A DNA stretch of 64,000 nucleotides from a virus. Below the pieces are notes generated by a model, which saw only the letters and a list, made by a program, of their open reading frames with translations, made no database searches and was not told the DNA's origin. A program made the position numbers and the translations under genes. The stretch lies in IMG/VR virus record IMGVR_UViG_3300032360_000003, positions 2,975 through 66,974 of that record, one strand, 5' to 3'. Shown here piece by piece: positions 1 through 9,293 of the stretch (positions are counted from its first letter, which is position 1; every line of letters begins with the position of its first letter).

Positions 1-1866
1 GATTCTGCACCTTCTGTAGAGTATACTGATAGTACAACTTTTTATGTGGCATTACTGGCAGGAGATCAAAATGCTATTGTTAAAGTCGTTAAGGGTTCTA
101 GTACTAACGTTGCAGGAGATTATACAGTAACATTAGTTACTGGTGCTACTGGTAGTAATTATGCACCAGGCATCACAAATGCAGTAGCAGTCACAGAAGG
201 TAAAACTCATGATAATACAAAATATGATATTTCGGTAAATACAATTGGTACTGGTGGTATTGTAACTTCTGCTTCATTTGTAACTGCTAGTGGCCATGGT
301 TTAGTTTCTGGAGACTTGGCAGTTGAAAACAGTGGTACTAGTGCAAATGAACTAGTATTAAAATTTACTGGTAGTTCTTCAGCTTCTTTACTTGAAAATG
401 AAGATCAAGTAGATGCAGGAGCTTCATTGGGAACTTCAGCCTTTGTTGCTAGGTATCCTGGCGCGTTGGGTAACAGTCTACGGGTTTCTGTTTTTCACGA
501 TGATACTTTTGCCGATTGGGGTCAAAGTTTCATTCAAAATGGCGTATCAACGGCCGTTGAATATGATGCAGTCTTTGATCGTGTACCAGGCACTTCAAAT
601 TATGTTTTGACTAAAAATGGTAACGTTGCGACCCTAGATGAAATTCATATTGTTGTTGTCGATACGACAGGTGATATAAGTGGCATTGCAGGTACTATTT
701 TAGAAAAATATGCTCATGTTTCACTTGCTTCTGATGCTAAAGATGAAAATGGAAATAGTAATTACTACAAAGATATAATTCGTAGAGATTCCAAATATGT
801 TTATGCATCTGGTCAGTGGGATGATAATTCTACTGTTGCAGCTGGTTGGGAAGCAGTCAGTTCAACATCAACGACTGTCGCTACGTCTGCAGGAGCTCCA
901 CTTCATCTGAGTTTATCAGGTGGTGTTGCTGATAATTCTTCCACTAATGGAAATAGTAATGCAGCTCGTTATTCAGAGGGCACAAAGGGGTATGGTCTAC
1001 TTAGAGATGTTGATACTGCAGATGTCGGTATAATTATTTCTGGAGATGCAACTACTCAGGTACAGCAGGATGTTATTTCAAATGTTGCTGAATATAGGAA
1101 AGATGCGATTGCTGTAGTCAGTCCAGAAAATACTACTGCTAAAACAGCTATTATTGGTACTGGTTCAAATTCTACCAAGGCCACTGCAATTGGTACATGG
1201 ATTACTGCATTGAGTAAATCTTCATCTTATGCAGTAGCTGATAGTGGTTATAAGAGAATGTATGATGCACATAACGATGTCTATCGCGATGTTCCTCTTA
1301 ACGGTGATATTGCTGGGTTGATGGTCAGAACAGACCAAACCAATGATGCATGGTGGAGTCCAGCTGGATTTACCAGAGGTCAAATAAAAAATGTGGTTAA
1401 ACTACATTTTAATCCAGATAAAGCTTCGAGGGATACCATTTATAAGATTGGTGTTAATCCAGTGGTTTCGATGGCAGGACAAGGTACATTACTCTATGGA
1501 GATAAAACTCTATATGCCAAGCCAAGTGCGTTTGATAGGATTAATGTTAGGAGATTGTTTGTTGTTCTTGAAAAATCTATTTCTCGTGCAGCTAAGAATT
1601 TACTATTTGAATTTAATGACGAATTTACGCGTTCCTCATTCAGAAATATGGTAGAACCATTCTTGAGAGACATCAAAGCTCGTCGCGGTGTTCATGACTA
1701 TAAAGTTGTTTGTGATTCTACAAATAATACATCAGAAGTAATCGACAGGAACGAATTTGTTGGAGATATTTTCATTAAGCCAGCACGTTCAATTAACTTC
1801 ATTCAGCTGAACTTTGTTGCAGTAAGAACAGGCGTAGACTTTAGTGAAGTTGTAGGTACTGTCTAA
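1..1866 (+). CDS. gp18: Tail sheath protein, 5' partial (frame is open from base 1)
   Basis: T4 gp18 C-terminal motifs WWSPAGFTRG, LYGDKT, AFDRINVRRLF, FEFNDEFTR, IKPARSINFI. Confidence 0.97.
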   Translation, partial: DSAPSVEYTDSTTFYVALLAGDQNAIVKVVKGSSTNVAGDYTVTLVTGATGSNYAPGITNAVAVTEGKTHDNTKYDISVNTIGTGGIVTSASFVTASGHGLVSGDLAVENSGTSANELVLKFTGSSSASLLENEDQVDAGASLGTSAFVARYPGALGNSLRVSVFHDDTFADWGQSFIQNGVSTAVEYDAVFDRVPGTSNYVLTKNGNVATLDEIHIVVVDTTGDISGIAGTILEKYAHVSLASDAKDENGNSNYYKDIIRRDSKYVYASGQWDDNSTVAAGWEAVSSTSTTVATSAGAPLHLSLSGGVADNSSTNGNSNAARYSEGTKGYGLLRDVDTADVGIIISGDATTQVQQDVISNVAEYRKDAIAVVSPENTTAKTAIIGTGSNSTKATAIGTWITALSKSSSYAVADSGYKRMYDAHNDVYRDVPLNGDIAGLMVRTDQTNDAWWSPAGFTRGQIKNVVKLHFNPDKASRDTIYKIGVNPVVSMAGQGTLLYGDKTLYAKPSAFDRINVRRLFVVLEKSISRAAKNLLFEFNDEFTRSSFRNMVEPFLRDIKARRGVHDYKVVCDSTNNTSEVIDRNEFVGDIFIKPARSINFIQLNFVAVRTGVDFSEVVGTV

Positions 1867-1884
1867 TAAAGGGAGAAAATAAAT

Positions 1885-2490
1885 ATGGCTTTTAATATAA
1901 ACGAATTTAGAGCTAATTTGCCCGGCGGCGGAGCTAGACCAAATCTCTTTGAGGTTAATATTCCAGTTCCTGCGGCTTTAGGTGGATTTCAAACTGAAGC
2001 TCGTAAGTTAACATTTTTGTGTAAAACTGCATCAATTCCAGGCGGTACAATAGAGCCGGTAGAACTTAGTTATTTTGGTAGGATAGTAAAATTTGCAGGC
2101 CAGAAAACTTTTGAAGATTGGGAAACTACTGTAATCAACGATGAAGATTTTGCTGTGCGACGCTTTATCGAGGTCTGGCAGGAGAAAATCATGGGGAATG
2201 CGACTAATAGAAGTACTGTTGTAAGTCCGCAAGATTACTCCGTTGATGCATCTGTCATTCAATTTGGTAAGAATGGTGATCCAATTCGTCAATATGTCAT
2301 GCGAGGTGCATGGCCAACGACAACTGCAGCGATTGAGTTAGATTGGTCAACAGCCGAACCAGAAGAATTTTCCATTACATGGACATTCGATTGGTGGGAA
2401 AGTATAGATATAGACGAACCAACTTTCACATTCGATGCTTCTATCAAAGTACCATCTTTTGGTACAGTTGGTATTGGAGCTTCAGTCTAA
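1885..2490 (+). CDS. gp19: Tail tube protein
   Basis: GGARPNLFEV, FEDWETTVINDEDF, GAWPT motifs; follows gp18. Confidence 0.95.
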   Translation: MAFNINEFRANLPGGGARPNLFEVNIPVPAALGGFQTEARKLTFLCKTASIPGGTIEPVELSYFGRIVKFAGQKTFEDWETTVINDEDFAVRRFIEVWQEKIMGNATNRSTVVSPQDYSVDASVIQFGKNGDPIRQYVMRGAWPTTTAAIELDWSTAEPEEFSITWTFDWWESIDIDEPTFTFDASIKVPSFGTVGIGASV

Positions 2491-2501
2491 ATATAATAAC
2501 A

Positions 2502-2509
2502 TATAAATA
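2502..2509 (+). promoter_or_regulatory. T4-type late promoter
   Basis: Intergenic TATAAATA upstream of gp20. Confidence 0.75.
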
Positions 2510-2562
2510 TAGTTAAGTATAGGGGTAGTGTATCTACCCCATTAACTATATTTGAGGTATTC

Positions 2563-4230
2563 ATGGCACAATTTTTTGGTTTTGATATTACAAGAAAGAA
2601 GAAAGATCTAAAGGCATTTTCAGCACCTGAAAATGTAGATGGGGCAGTAGATGTTTCTATCGGTGGAGCTCTCGGTCATTATATTGACATGGAGGGTAAA
2701 ATAAAGAATGAAATTGAATTAATAAACAGATATAGATCTCTGTCTACTGAATCTGAAGTCGATGCTGCTATTGATGATGTAATAAACGAAGCAGTAGTGA
2801 TAGGTTCAGAACGTGAAGATGCTATATTTTTAGATTTGAATGATTTAGGTGCAAGTGATGCAATAAAAGATAAGATTCATGATGAATTCACACATTTAAT
2901 GAAGTTGTTGAGTTTTAATAAAGATGGTTATGAAATTTTTAGAAATTGGTATATTGATGGTCGTTTGTATTATCATATGATTATTGATGATGCGAAACCA
3001 AAACAAGGTATTCATGAATTAAGATTTATTGATCCGCGGAAGATAAGAAAAGTAAGAGAAGTAGAAAAAGAACGTGCTGAAAATGGTGTGGATATAGTTA
3101 ACAAAGTCAGTGAATTTTATGTCTATAATGATAAGCTCGATAATCCACAGTCTGAAATAACAAAAGGTATCAGAATTCAACCAGATGCAATTGCATATAT
3201 ACATTCTGGTATGTATGAAAATAAAAAAGGTCTTATACTGAGTTATTTGCATAAAGCTATCAAGCCGATGAATCAACTGAGAATGATGGAAGATTCTGTC
3301 GTCATATATAGAATTAGTCGTGCCCCCGAAAGACGGCTATTCTATATTGACGTTGGGAATTTACCCAAAGCAAAAGCAGAACAGTATTTACGAGATCAGA
3401 TGAACCGTTTTCAGAATAAGTTGGTCTATGATGTGGATACTGGTGAAATTAAAGATGATCGTAAGCATATGTCGATGCTGGAAGATTTTTGGTTGCCTCG
3501 TAGGGAAGGTGGTCGTGGTACAGAAATTTCTACATTGCCAGGCGGTCAGAATTTAGGCGAGATGGAAGATGTAATATTTTTCCAGACTAAATTGTACAGA
3601 GCATTAAATATCCCGCCAAGTAGATTGGAACAAGCTTCTGGTTTTTCACTAGGCAGAGAATCTGAAATAACCAGAGATGAATTAAAATTTTCAAAGTTTA
3701 TTGGTCGGTTGCGCAATCAATTTACAACTTTCTTTGATCAGTTACTTAGATCACAACTCATTCTAAAAGGTATCATACGCGAAGAGCAATGGGATGATAT
3801 AAACAGTGAAATACAGTATAAATGGGCTGAAGATTCTTATTATAGAGAAACTAAAAACTCTGAAATGTTGATGGCTCGTTTGGGATTATTACGGGAAGTT
3901 TCTGATTATGCAGGAAGATATTTCTCTATGGAACATATCAAACGCACGGTATTGCAGATGACTGATGAAGAAATAAGAGAAATGCAAAAAGAAATTGATG
4001 CTGAAGTTACAGGTGATAAGATTCACAAAGATGCTACTATTGAGTGGGGTGCAATGGGCCCACAGCCTGAAATGCCACCAGAAGAACCACCTGTAGAAGA
4101 ACCACCTGTAGAAGAACCGCCACAAGAGGAAGAAATGATTCTTGGGAGTGTTGAAGACAAGAAGTTAAATAAAATTTTTGAAATGATGGGGGAAGGTAAG
4201 AATGGAAAACATAACGAATCTATTGGATAG
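2563..4230 (+). CDS. gp20: Portal vertex protein
   Basis: YRISRAPERRLFYIDVGNLP, EDFWLPRREGGRGTEISTLPGGQNLG. Confidence 0.98.
   Translation: MAQFFGFDITRKKKDLKAFSAPENVDGAVDVSIGGALGHYIDMEGKIKNEIELINRYRSLSTESEVDAAIDDVINEAVVIGSEREDAIFLDLNDLGASDAIKDKIHDEFTHLMKLLSFNKDGYEIFRNWYIDGRLYYHMIIDDAKPKQGIHELRFIDPRKIRKVREVEKERAENGVDIVNKVSEFYVYNDKLDNPQSEITKGIRIQPDAIAYIHSGMYENKKGLILSYLHKAIKPMNQLRMMEDSVVIYRISRAPERRLFYIDVGNLPKAKAEQYLRDQMNRFQNKLVYDVDTGEIKDDRKHMSMLEDFWLPRREGGRGTEISTLPGGQNLGEMEDVIFFQTKLYRALNIPPSRLEQASGFSLGRESEITRDELKFSKFIGRLRNQFTTFFDQLLRSQLILKGIIREEQWDDINSEIQYKWAEDSYYRETKNSEMLMARLGLLREVSDYAGRYFSMEHIKRTVLQMTDEEIREMQKEIDAEVTGDKIHKDATIEWGAMGPQPEMPPEEPPVEEPPVEEPPQEEEMILGSVEDKKLNKIFEMMGEGKNGKHNESIG
4069..4131 (+). 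repeat. Short in-frame tandem repeat (EEPPV) in the gp20 tail
   Basis: gaagaaccacctgta twice plus a degenerate copy. Confidence 0.7.
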
Positions 4231-4396
4231 GATTGTTGATGACGATGCAGTCGAGACTCAAAAAGAATTTGATAAGGTTTTGGCTGATAAAATAGCTATT
4301 GCAATAGATAACAAAAAGAAAGAAGTTTCTAAAAATCTGTTTGATGATCCATTAGGGGTAGAAGCAGAAGAAGAAACAGAAGATGAGGTAGAATAA
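4202..4396 (+). CDS. gp67: Small acidic prohead core protein (gp67-like)
   Basis: 64 aa, acidic, directly after gp20. Confidence 0.6.
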   Translation: MENITNLLDRIVDDDAVETQKEFDKVLADKIAIAIDNKKKEVSKNLFDDPLGVEAEEETEDEVE

Positions 4397-4872
4397 TGGC
4401 ACATGGTACTGCAGTAAGAATTATTTACGATCAGGGGTATATCGGTGGTCGTGTCATGGCACTGATTACGAATATAGGTGCTACTGATTTATCTAGGGCT
4501 AATACTACCACGCCGGGAACTGGTACTATTGATGCATCTGTATTGGATAATCATGTTTCAAGTCCAGTATTATCTATTGAGAAAATTTCATGGAATACTT
4601 CAGGCCCAAGTGGTGATAAATATTTTAATGTTGTATTTGATGCTGCAGATAATGGTGATGATGAAATTGCATTTCCTCTTAGTGGTAGTGGTCATTGGGG
4701 GAAATCTCACACTGCAGCTTTGGATGCACCTATAACCAATAATGCTACAGGCCCAACAGGAGATATTTCTATTGAAACTGTTAATTTTGATGATGCTGCA
4801 GATATTATAAGCGTTGTTATAATTCTCAAAAAAGTATCGGGTTTTACAGCTAGACCAGATTATAGTGGATAG
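4396..4872 (+). CDS. Hypothetical virion/head protein
   Basis: Coupled ORF in the head operon, beta-rich composition. Confidence 0.55.
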   Translation: MAHGTAVRIIYDQGYIGGRVMALITNIGATDLSRANTTTPGTGTIDASVLDNHVSSPVLSIEKISWNTSGPSGDKYFNVVFDAADNGDDEIAFPLSGSGHWGKSHTAALDAPITNNATGPTGDISIETVNFDDAADIISVVIILKKVSGFTARPDYSG

Positions 4873-4883
4873 GGGTTAGAACT

Positions 4884-5537
4884 ATGAAATTAATTACAGA
4901 ACTTGTAGAAGATTTGGATATTGTTACTGAAGCTGATTCAAACGGTAAGGAAAGTCTCTTTATTGAGGGGATTTTCCTACAGGCCGAACAAAAGAATCGT
5001 AATGGTAGAGTATATCCATTGGAAATTTTAGAACGCGAAGTCAGGCGTTATAAAAAAGATTATGTTAAACAAAACAGAGCCTTTGGTGAATTAGGACATC
5101 CAGATGGCCCAGCTATTAATTTAGAACGTGTTTCTCATATGATAACGGAATTGCGGAAAAGTGATACTGATTTTGTCGGTAAAGCAAAAGTTTTAAATTC
5201 AACTCCGTATGGTAAAATAGTCGAAGGACTACTTAAAGATGGTGCTAAATTGGGCGTTTCTTCTAGAGGAATGGGTTCATTAGATGAAACACAAAAGGGC
5301 ACTAAAATTGTAAAAGACGATTTCTATCTAGCGACTGCAGCTGATATAGTTGCTGATCCTTCTGCACCACATGCATTTGTTCAAGGTGTAATGGAAGGTC
5401 GTGAGTGGATTTATGAAAATAGTATGTTTCGCGAAGTGGATTTAGATAGTGTTAAAAAGACTATTGATAGTTCGAGTCGTAGGGAACGAGAACAAGAAAT
5501 ATTACACGTTTTTGAAACGTTTGTTTCAAAATTGTAA
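4884..5537 (+). CDS. gp21: Prohead core protease
   Basis: NRNGRVYP, GELGHP, GVSSRGMGS, DIVADPSAP. Confidence 0.97.
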   Translation: MKLITELVEDLDIVTEADSNGKESLFIEGIFLQAEQKNRNGRVYPLEILEREVRRYKKDYVKQNRAFGELGHPDGPAINLERVSHMITELRKSDTDFVGKAKVLNSTPYGKIVEGLLKDGAKLGVSSRGMGSLDETQKGTKIVKDDFYLATAADIVADPSAPHAFVQGVMEGREWIYENSMFREVDLDSVKKTIDSSSRREREQEILHVFETFVSKL

Positions 5538-5541
5538 TATG

Positions 5542-5549
5542 TATAAATA
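5542..5549 (+). promoter_or_regulatory. T4-type late promoter
   Basis: TATAAATA upstream of gp22. Confidence 0.75.
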
Positions 5550-5580
5550 GTTACCAGAATATAACAAAAGGAGAAAATCA

Positions 5581-6819
5581 ATGGAAGCTTTGGAAAAAGA
5601 TTTTCAAGACCTAGTTGATTCAGAAGAAGTACTTCAAGAGGATGAAGCAGACGATACTAGTTCTGCTGATCTTTCAGCTGAAGTTTCTACTGATGATGAA
5701 TTGTCTACTGATGATGAATTAATCAACGAAAAGTCTGCAGCACAAGATATTGTTGATAAAGTTTTATCGGAAGAAGATGATGATGTTGTCGATGAGCAAC
5801 AAGAAATTATAGAATTCTTATTATCTGAACTTGATGAAGAAGATCTCGATCTTATCAGTGAATTAGATGATGAAGAAGATTGGGATGCTACTTTAGATAG
5901 TATTTTTGAAAAGAAAAGTAAGGCAGAACGTAAGAAAGCTGCTAAGAAGAAGGCCAAATGGCTTAAAACTGGTGCTGGTAAAAAGTCACTCAAGAAAGCT
6001 GCTAAGCGTCAAAAGAAGGTTGCATCAGGTGCAATTAAAATTGATAAAAAGCTTTCAAAAGCAAGGAAAAAAACTGCTAAATTGTATAATACATATGATC
6101 CATCTGTAGATGTAACTGCTCTTGTTGGAGATTCGGAACTTTCAGAAGAATTTAAGACAAAAGCTTCGACTATTTTTGAAGCAGCAGTTAATCGAGAAGT
6201 TGAATCTCGTACAAAACAATTTGACGAAAATCTCAATGATATGTTAGTCGAGTGTACAGAAGAAGTTATGGATGGCTTGACAGAAAAAGTTGATTCATAC
6301 TTGGATTATGTCGTTGAAGAATGGATGCAGGAAAATGAGATTGCAATCGAAAGTGGAATCCGTGCAGAACTTACGGAAGATTTCATTGTCGGCTTGAAAA
6401 CCCTCTTTACCCAGCATTATGTAGATATTCCAGATACCAAAGTAGATGTTCTTAGTGAACTGGCCACGAAGGTAGAGGAATTAGAAGAAAAACTTAATAC
6501 TCAGATAAACGAAAATATCGAGTTGAAAAAAGAAGTTTCTTTAACTAAAAGGGATGAGCTCATCCGTGACATTTCTACGGATTTGGTCGAAACAGAAGTT
6601 GAGAAATTAAAAGAGCTTTCAGAAGGTATTGAGTATGAAGGCGACGATGAAGAATTTACTTCCAAGCTTCAAACATTATGTGAGAGTTACTTCCCGAAAG
6701 GAAAAGTATCCTCGCCGGTTACTAATGAACCAGTAGTGTATGAAGATGAAGATTTAAGTGTTTCAATGTCAGCATATTCCAATGCTATATCAAGAACTAA
6801 TCAAAGCTCCAAAGTATAA
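5581..6819 (+). CDS. gp22: Prohead core scaffold protein with a basic insert
   Basis: LSEEFKTKASTIFEAA, YLDYVVEEWM, FIVGLKTLF; between gp21 and gp23. Confidence 0.93.
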   Translation: MEALEKDFQDLVDSEEVLQEDEADDTSSADLSAEVSTDDELSTDDELINEKSAAQDIVDKVLSEEDDDVVDEQQEIIEFLLSELDEEDLDLISELDDEEDWDATLDSIFEKKSKAERKKAAKKKAKWLKTGAGKKSLKKAAKRQKKVASGAIKIDKKLSKARKKTAKLYNTYDPSVDVTALVGDSELSEEFKTKASTIFEAAVNREVESRTKQFDENLNDMLVECTEEVMDGLTEKVDSYLDYVVEEWMQENEIAIESGIRAELTEDFIVGLKTLFTQHYVDIPDTKVDVLSELATKVEELEEKLNTQINENIELKKEVSLTKRDELIRDISTDLVETEVEKLKELSEGIEYEGDDEEFTSKLQTLCESYFPKGKVSSPVTNEPVVYEDEDLSVSMSAYSNAISRTNQSSKV

Positions 6820-6845
6820 CATAGAAATAAAAGGAGAAATATAAA

Positions 6846-8258
6846 ATGTCATTTTCACAACAATTAGCAGAAAAGTGGAAACCAGTACTTGATCATGAAG
6901 CTCTTCCTAGTATCGAAGATAACTACAAGCGTCAAGTCACTGCGATTTTACTCGAAAATCAAGAAAAGGCTGTTGCAGAAGAACGGGCTATTAATAATAG
7001 TTCTGGTCTTTTGACAGAAGCTTCACCCAATGTCACTACCGGCAGTACAGCTGCAGGCGTTGCTGGTTTTGGTGGCGATACCGCTGATGGTATTGGTCGA
7101 GCAGGCTATGATCCAGTTATGATTAGTCTTATTAGACGATCTACGCCACAATTAATCGCTTATGATATTGTTGGTGTTCAACCAATGACAGGCCCGACAG
7201 GACTTATCTTTTACATGAAAAGTGATTATCTACAAAATGATCCAACTGATGGAGTATCTGTTCACAATGAAGCTCTATTTGATGAAGCTGTAGGTGGTCA
7301 ATCAGGTACGGATTCTTCAGCTACTGTCGCTGGTGTTGATGCTGCATCCAATGCAGGTGATCCATTTTTGTCTACTTACTATGACAGTGCAGCCAATGCA
7401 GCGGATGTTGAATTAGGAGATACCCAACGAGCTGCCGTCACGACTACGATGGAATCTGCTGGTGGAACTAATCAATTCCGTGAAATGTCTTTTTCGATTG
7501 AGAAAACTAGTGTTACGGCACGTAGTCGAGCTCTCAAAGCTGAATATAGTACGGAATTGGCTCAAGACTTAAAAGCAATTCATGGTCTTGATGCTGAAGC
7601 CGAATTGGCTAATATTCTGTCAACGGAAATTCTCGCAGAAATTAATCGCGAAATCATCCGTACAGTTAATGGTGTAGCCACTAGTGGAGCTCAACTTGGT
7701 ACAGCAACTGCTGGTATTTTCGATCTAGATACAGATTCAAATGGTCGTTGGTCAGTTGAAAAGTTCAAAGGTCTTCATTTCGCCATTGAACGTGATGCTA
7801 ATGCAATTGCAACTTCTACTCGTAGGGGTCGTGGTAATATTATTATCGCATCTGCAGATGTCGTTGCTGCTCTGTCGATGACAGGTAGTTTGGATACTGG
7901 TGCCGGTACTGGTGGCGGTGGACAACTGTCAGCTGACGGTATTACTGGTAACACTTTTGTCGGTACACTTAATGGTCGCTATAAAGTATATGTCGATCCT
8001 TATTTTGTTAATGCAGCTGGTACTTCACATGAATATGTCACCATTGGTTATAAAGGTTCTTCACCTTACGATGCTGGTATCTTCTATTGTCCGTATGTAC
8101 CATTACAAATGGTCAAGGCTGTTGGTGAAGATACATTCCAACCGAAAATCGGTTTTAAAACCCGTTATGGAATGGTCGCCAATCCGTTTGGTCAAAGTAG
8201 CTTAGCAGAAGGTACTAACACTTACTATCGTACAATCCAAGTCAACAATATAATGTAA
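6846..8258 (+). CDS. gp23: Major capsid protein
   Basis: GVQPMTGPTGLIF, SRALKAEYSTELAQDLKAIHGLDAE, FQPKIGFKTRYG. Confidence 0.99.
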   Translation: MSFSQQLAEKWKPVLDHEALPSIEDNYKRQVTAILLENQEKAVAEERAINNSSGLLTEASPNVTTGSTAAGVAGFGGDTADGIGRAGYDPVMISLIRRSTPQLIAYDIVGVQPMTGPTGLIFYMKSDYLQNDPTDGVSVHNEALFDEAVGGQSGTDSSATVAGVDAASNAGDPFLSTYYDSAANAADVELGDTQRAAVTTTMESAGGTNQFREMSFSIEKTSVTARSRALKAEYSTELAQDLKAIHGLDAEAELANILSTEILAEINREIIRTVNGVATSGAQLGTATAGIFDLDTDSNGRWSVEKFKGLHFAIERDANAIATSTRRGRGNIIIASADVVAALSMTGSLDTGAGTGGGGQLSADGITGNTFVGTLNGRYKVYVDPYFVNAAGTSHEYVTIGYKGSSPYDAGIFYCPYVPLQMVKAVGEDTFQPKIGFKTRYGMVANPFGQSSLAEGTNTYYRTIQVNNIM

Positions 8259-8280
8259 ACGTATTTCACCGTTACATTTC

Positions 8281-8311
8281 AGAGGGGGGAGAAATCCTCC
8301 CTCTTTTTTTT
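8281..8311 (+). terminator. Rho-independent terminator after gp23
   Basis: AGAGGGGGGA-GAAA-TCCTCCCTCT followed by a T tract. Confidence 0.9.
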
Positions 8312-8314
8312 GTT

Positions 8315-8322
8315 TATAAATA
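8315..8322 (+). promoter_or_regulatory. T4-type late promoter
   Basis: TATAAATA just after the terminator, before gp3. Confidence 0.75.
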
Positions 8323-8339
8323 TATTTGGAGGTACAGAA

Positions 8340-8861
8340 ATGTCAATAATAGATAGTCTACCAGATAATTATAATATACTTTCACCAATTTCATTCCGTT
8401 TACAAATTGATAGATTGCCAAATGTGACTTATTTTCTACAGACTGCCAATTTGCCTGGATTAACAGTTGCAGAATCGACTGTTCCTACTCCAACAAGAGC
8501 TTATCCAATAGCGGGTAGTATTTTAGAATTTGATGCGATGGATTGTTCGTTTGTAGTTGATGAAGATTTAAAAAATTATAGAGAAATAATTACATGGTTA
8601 CGGGCGATGGCATCACCAAGTGGCGATGAAGATTTGATAAAATTGAGATCAACCAGTAACAATGATATGGGAATGTATTCTGATGCAGCTTTGACAATAT
8701 TAACAAATAGTATGAATGCTAATAAATCAGTTGTATTCAAGGATATATTTCCAATATCTCTTTCTGCATTATCTTTCGAGAGTGCCGCGGATTCAGTTGA
8801 ACCGATAACAGCTGATGTTTCATTTCAATTTACTGATTATATAATCGAGGACGTTACATAA
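8340..8861 (+). CDS. gp3: Tail completion/sheath stabiliser
   Basis: LSPISFR..PNVTYFLQTANLPG, VDEDLKNYREI, FPISLS; GGAGG SD favours ATG 8340. Confidence 0.85.
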   Translation: MSIIDSLPDNYNILSPISFRLQIDRLPNVTYFLQTANLPGLTVAESTVPTPTRAYPIAGSILEFDAMDCSFVVDEDLKNYREIITWLRAMASPSGDEDLIKLRSTSNNDMGMYSDAALTILTNSMNANKSVVFKDIFPISLSALSFESAADSVEPITADVSFQFTDYIIEDVT

Positions 8862-8864
8862 TAT

Positions 8865-9293
8865 ATGAATTTTGAACAATTGTTTTCGGAAGTAGATAAA
8901 GATTTATTAATCGATGATAGTGAATTGGATAGAGAGGCACTTAGGAATCCATATCTTTATGGTAAATATATGAAATTTCATTGCCAATCTAGAGCAGAAT
9001 ATAAGAATGCTGAAGAAGAATATAAAAAAATGTACCTCGATAAGCATCATTATTATATGGGTAAGGCTGATCCAGAAGTTTATAAAGAAAAGCCATTTGA
9101 TTTAAAAGTTTTGAAAAGTGATGTATCTATGTATCTTGATGCTGATGAAGATTTAAGTATTAAACGAAAAACTGTAGAATATTCTAAAACAAAAGTAGAT
9201 TATTTGGAAAAAACGTTAAAGGCTATTCAAGATAGAAGTTGGTCTATAAAACATGCTATTGATTGGAGAAAGTTCCTTGAAGGAGCCAATTGA
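8865..9293 (+). CDS. uvsY: Recombination mediator
   Basis: YYMGKADPEVYKEKPFDLKVLK, IKHAIDWRKF. Confidence 0.92.
   Translation: MNFEQLFSEVDKDLLIDDSELDREALRNPYLYGKYMKFHCQSRAEYKNAEEEYKKMYLDKHHYYMGKADPEVYKEKPFDLKVLKSDVSMYLDADEDLSIKRKTVEYSKTKVDYLEKTLKAIQDRSWSIKHAIDWRKFLEGAN

Noticed and set aside
5686-5721. 18-nt tandem duplication in gp22
   Set aside because: Ordinary low-complexity expansion in an acidic linker.
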